A DNA stretch of 26,594 nt, taken from the NCBI GenBank assembly GCA_039588275.1, contig JBDHAC010000052.1, positions 1 through 26,594 of the forward strand. Reading direction: 5' to 3'. Below are positions 25,262 through 26,594 of this stretch, one piece after another. The first letter of the stretch is position 1. Every line of letters begins with the position of its first letter. A model generated the notes under the pieces. That model was not told where the DNA came from, searched no databases, and was given only the letters and a program-made list of their open reading frames with translations. Made by a program: the position numbers and the translations under genes. Source of the stretch: Gemmatimonadota bacterium (GTDB taxonomy: Bacteria; Gemmatimonadota; Gemmatimonadetes; Palauibacterales; Palauibacteraceae).

Positions 25262-25879
25262 CTAGACCGGTGTCGCGGTGCCCCAGTAGTTGAAGCTGCC
25301 CGGGCGCCATCCAGGAATGTACATGGTGTCCAGATCGCGGATACGAAACCCGCCACCCTCGATGAGCTTCGGGATCGGGCGGTTGAGGTTGCACCCGCCT
25401 CCGAGCCGCCTCCAGATCGGGTTGAGGCGCTCTTGCCAGCGTCTGACGCTCGCGTCCGGCGCCACCCCATGCTCACAGAAAATCAGCTGACCCCTAGGCT
25501 TCAACACCCGAGCCATCTCCTGTAGGGCGGGTCGAGTCTCCGCGATGGTGCACAGGGTGTAGGTCACCAGCACCGTGTCCACACTCCCCGCCTCTAGCGG
25601 GATCTCATCCGCCGGCAGACCGATGAACTCGACCTCGAAACCCACGGGTCGCGCGGCACGCTGTGCACGCTTGGTCAACTCTGGCGAAGGCTCGAGACCC
25701 CAGAGCCTGGTCACCTTCGCGGCATCATAATACGGCAGGTTGAGACCGGAACCGATCCCGATCTCCAACACCCGCCCCTCGGCGAGCGGCACGACCTTCT
25801 CTCGCTGGCGCATGGTCGGCTTCGCGCTGCAGGCCATGTGTACCAGCCCGGGTAGGATGCACTTGCTGTAGAGTCCCAT
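25262..25879 (-). CDS. Class I SAM-dependent methyltransferase (METTL7/TMT1-like; MddH-like thiol S-methyltransferase candidate)
   Basis: GRVLEIGIGSGLNL, GLEPSPEL, SVDTVLVTYTLCTI, RVLKPRGQLIFCEHG, WRRLGGGCNLNR. Confidence 0.85.
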   Translation of the reverse strand: MGLYSKCILPGLVHMACSAKPTMRQREKVVPLAEGRVLEIGIGSGLNLPYYDAAKVTRLWGLEPSPELTKRAQRAARPVGFEVEFIGLPADEIPLEAGSVDTVLVTYTLCTIAETRPALQEMARVLKPRGQLIFCEHGVAPDASVRRWQERLNPIWRRLGGGCNLNRPIPKLIEGGGFRIRDLDTMYIPGWRPGSFNYWGTATPV

Positions 25880-25883
25880 GGTC

Positions 25884-26545
25884 TCACGCCCCCGGCACAC
25901 AAACGTCCAACACACTACGCAAATCGGGAATCGACGGGCTCGTCTCGTCCCGATCCGGCCTACGCTTCACCAGGACCGCCTGAAGACCGGCGTGGCGCGC
26001 GCCTTCGAGGTCGTCCACGATCGAATCGCCGACGTGCAGGGTTCTCTCCGGCGGGACGCCGAGCCGGCGGCAAGCCTCGTGGAAGATCTCGGGCTCGGGC
26101 TTGGCGAAGCCGATCTCCGCCGATGCAATTACGTGGTCCAACAGGTCGCCGATCCCGAGATCCGCGCAGAAATGCGCCAGCCCGCATTGCCAATTGGAGA
26201 CCAGCGCCACGTGGAAGCCCCGATGCGCCAGAGCTCCGCGGCATGATCCGCGGCGGCCCGACCCGAGACCCGGACATTGAGCCGGTCGAACACCAGCTGC
26301 GCGAAGCGATCCCGATGTCTCTTCCCCGGTTCGCCCGATTGGGCGGGGGAGTACTCACGGGCATGGGGCTCGAAGATATCGTACAGGATCTGGTGCTCCC
26401 ACGGATCAGATTCGAGCCCCGCGCGTTGAAGGTACTCCATCAGCATCACGCCACGACCGCGCCCGGCGCGGGGATACACCAGCGTATTGTAGAAGTCGAA
26501 CGTGACGGCCTCGATGTTCTCGTACGTCTCCAGCCATGCGTTCAC
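25884..26545 (-). pseudogene. HAD-superfamily hydrolase (subfamily IA, REG-2-like) split by a frameshift/deletion at ~26220
   Basis: Motif I TFDFYNTL is in frame 26545-26129. Motifs II-IV (ALVSNW, AKPEPEIF, HVGDSIVDD) are in frame 26210-25884. Junction reads ELWRI|GFHVALVSN. Confidence 0.8.
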
Positions 26546-26594
26546 GGGCTCAACCGTTCCGGACTCGTCGCTCGCCCCGGCACGACGAAGTGTG

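Noticed and set aside
5960..26545. Active integron cassette array
   Set aside because: I found no paired RYYYAAC...GTTRRRY attC sites in the gaps, many genes overlap, and no integrase is present in the window.
26546..26594. 3' end of a further upstream minus-strand gene
   Set aside because: Plausible, but only 49 nt are visible, which is too little to support a call.

Overview
High-GC bacterial DNA. The gene content suggests a Gemmatimonadota-like organism, but that is only an inference. The left end holds a BTAD/ATPase/TPR-like regulator broken by an 8-bp tandem duplication, followed by ytxJ, a stand-alone Nfu_N gene, an SDR, a small Zn-ribbon protein and a class-V PLP enzyme. From 5960 to 26545 there is an unbroken train of about 34 mostly short genes, all on the minus strand. 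They encode detox/modification-type enzymes (NUDIX, VOC, 2 DinB, 2 GNAT, MBL, alpha/beta hydrolases, 7 SAM-dependent methyltransferase domains), an ATP-grasp-SET fusion and an M8 metallopeptidase lipoprotein. The best finding is the ArsM-like methyltransferase that the ORF track ends at 23376. It almost certainly reads through an in-frame UGA as selenocysteine (LWAA-U-IGGAL), has a bacterial SECIS-like hairpin starting 11 nt downstream and ends at 23196. It has lost the other two core ArsM cysteines and sits beside TPMT/TehB-like and METTL7/MddH-like methyltransferases, which suggests a thiol/chalcogen/metalloid methylation locus. I also found a 58-aa DUF1059 gene missing from the ORF track and a broken HAD gene. 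I saw no rRNA, tRNA, CRISPR array, transposase or integrase. Family assignments come from motif recognition, not database searches.
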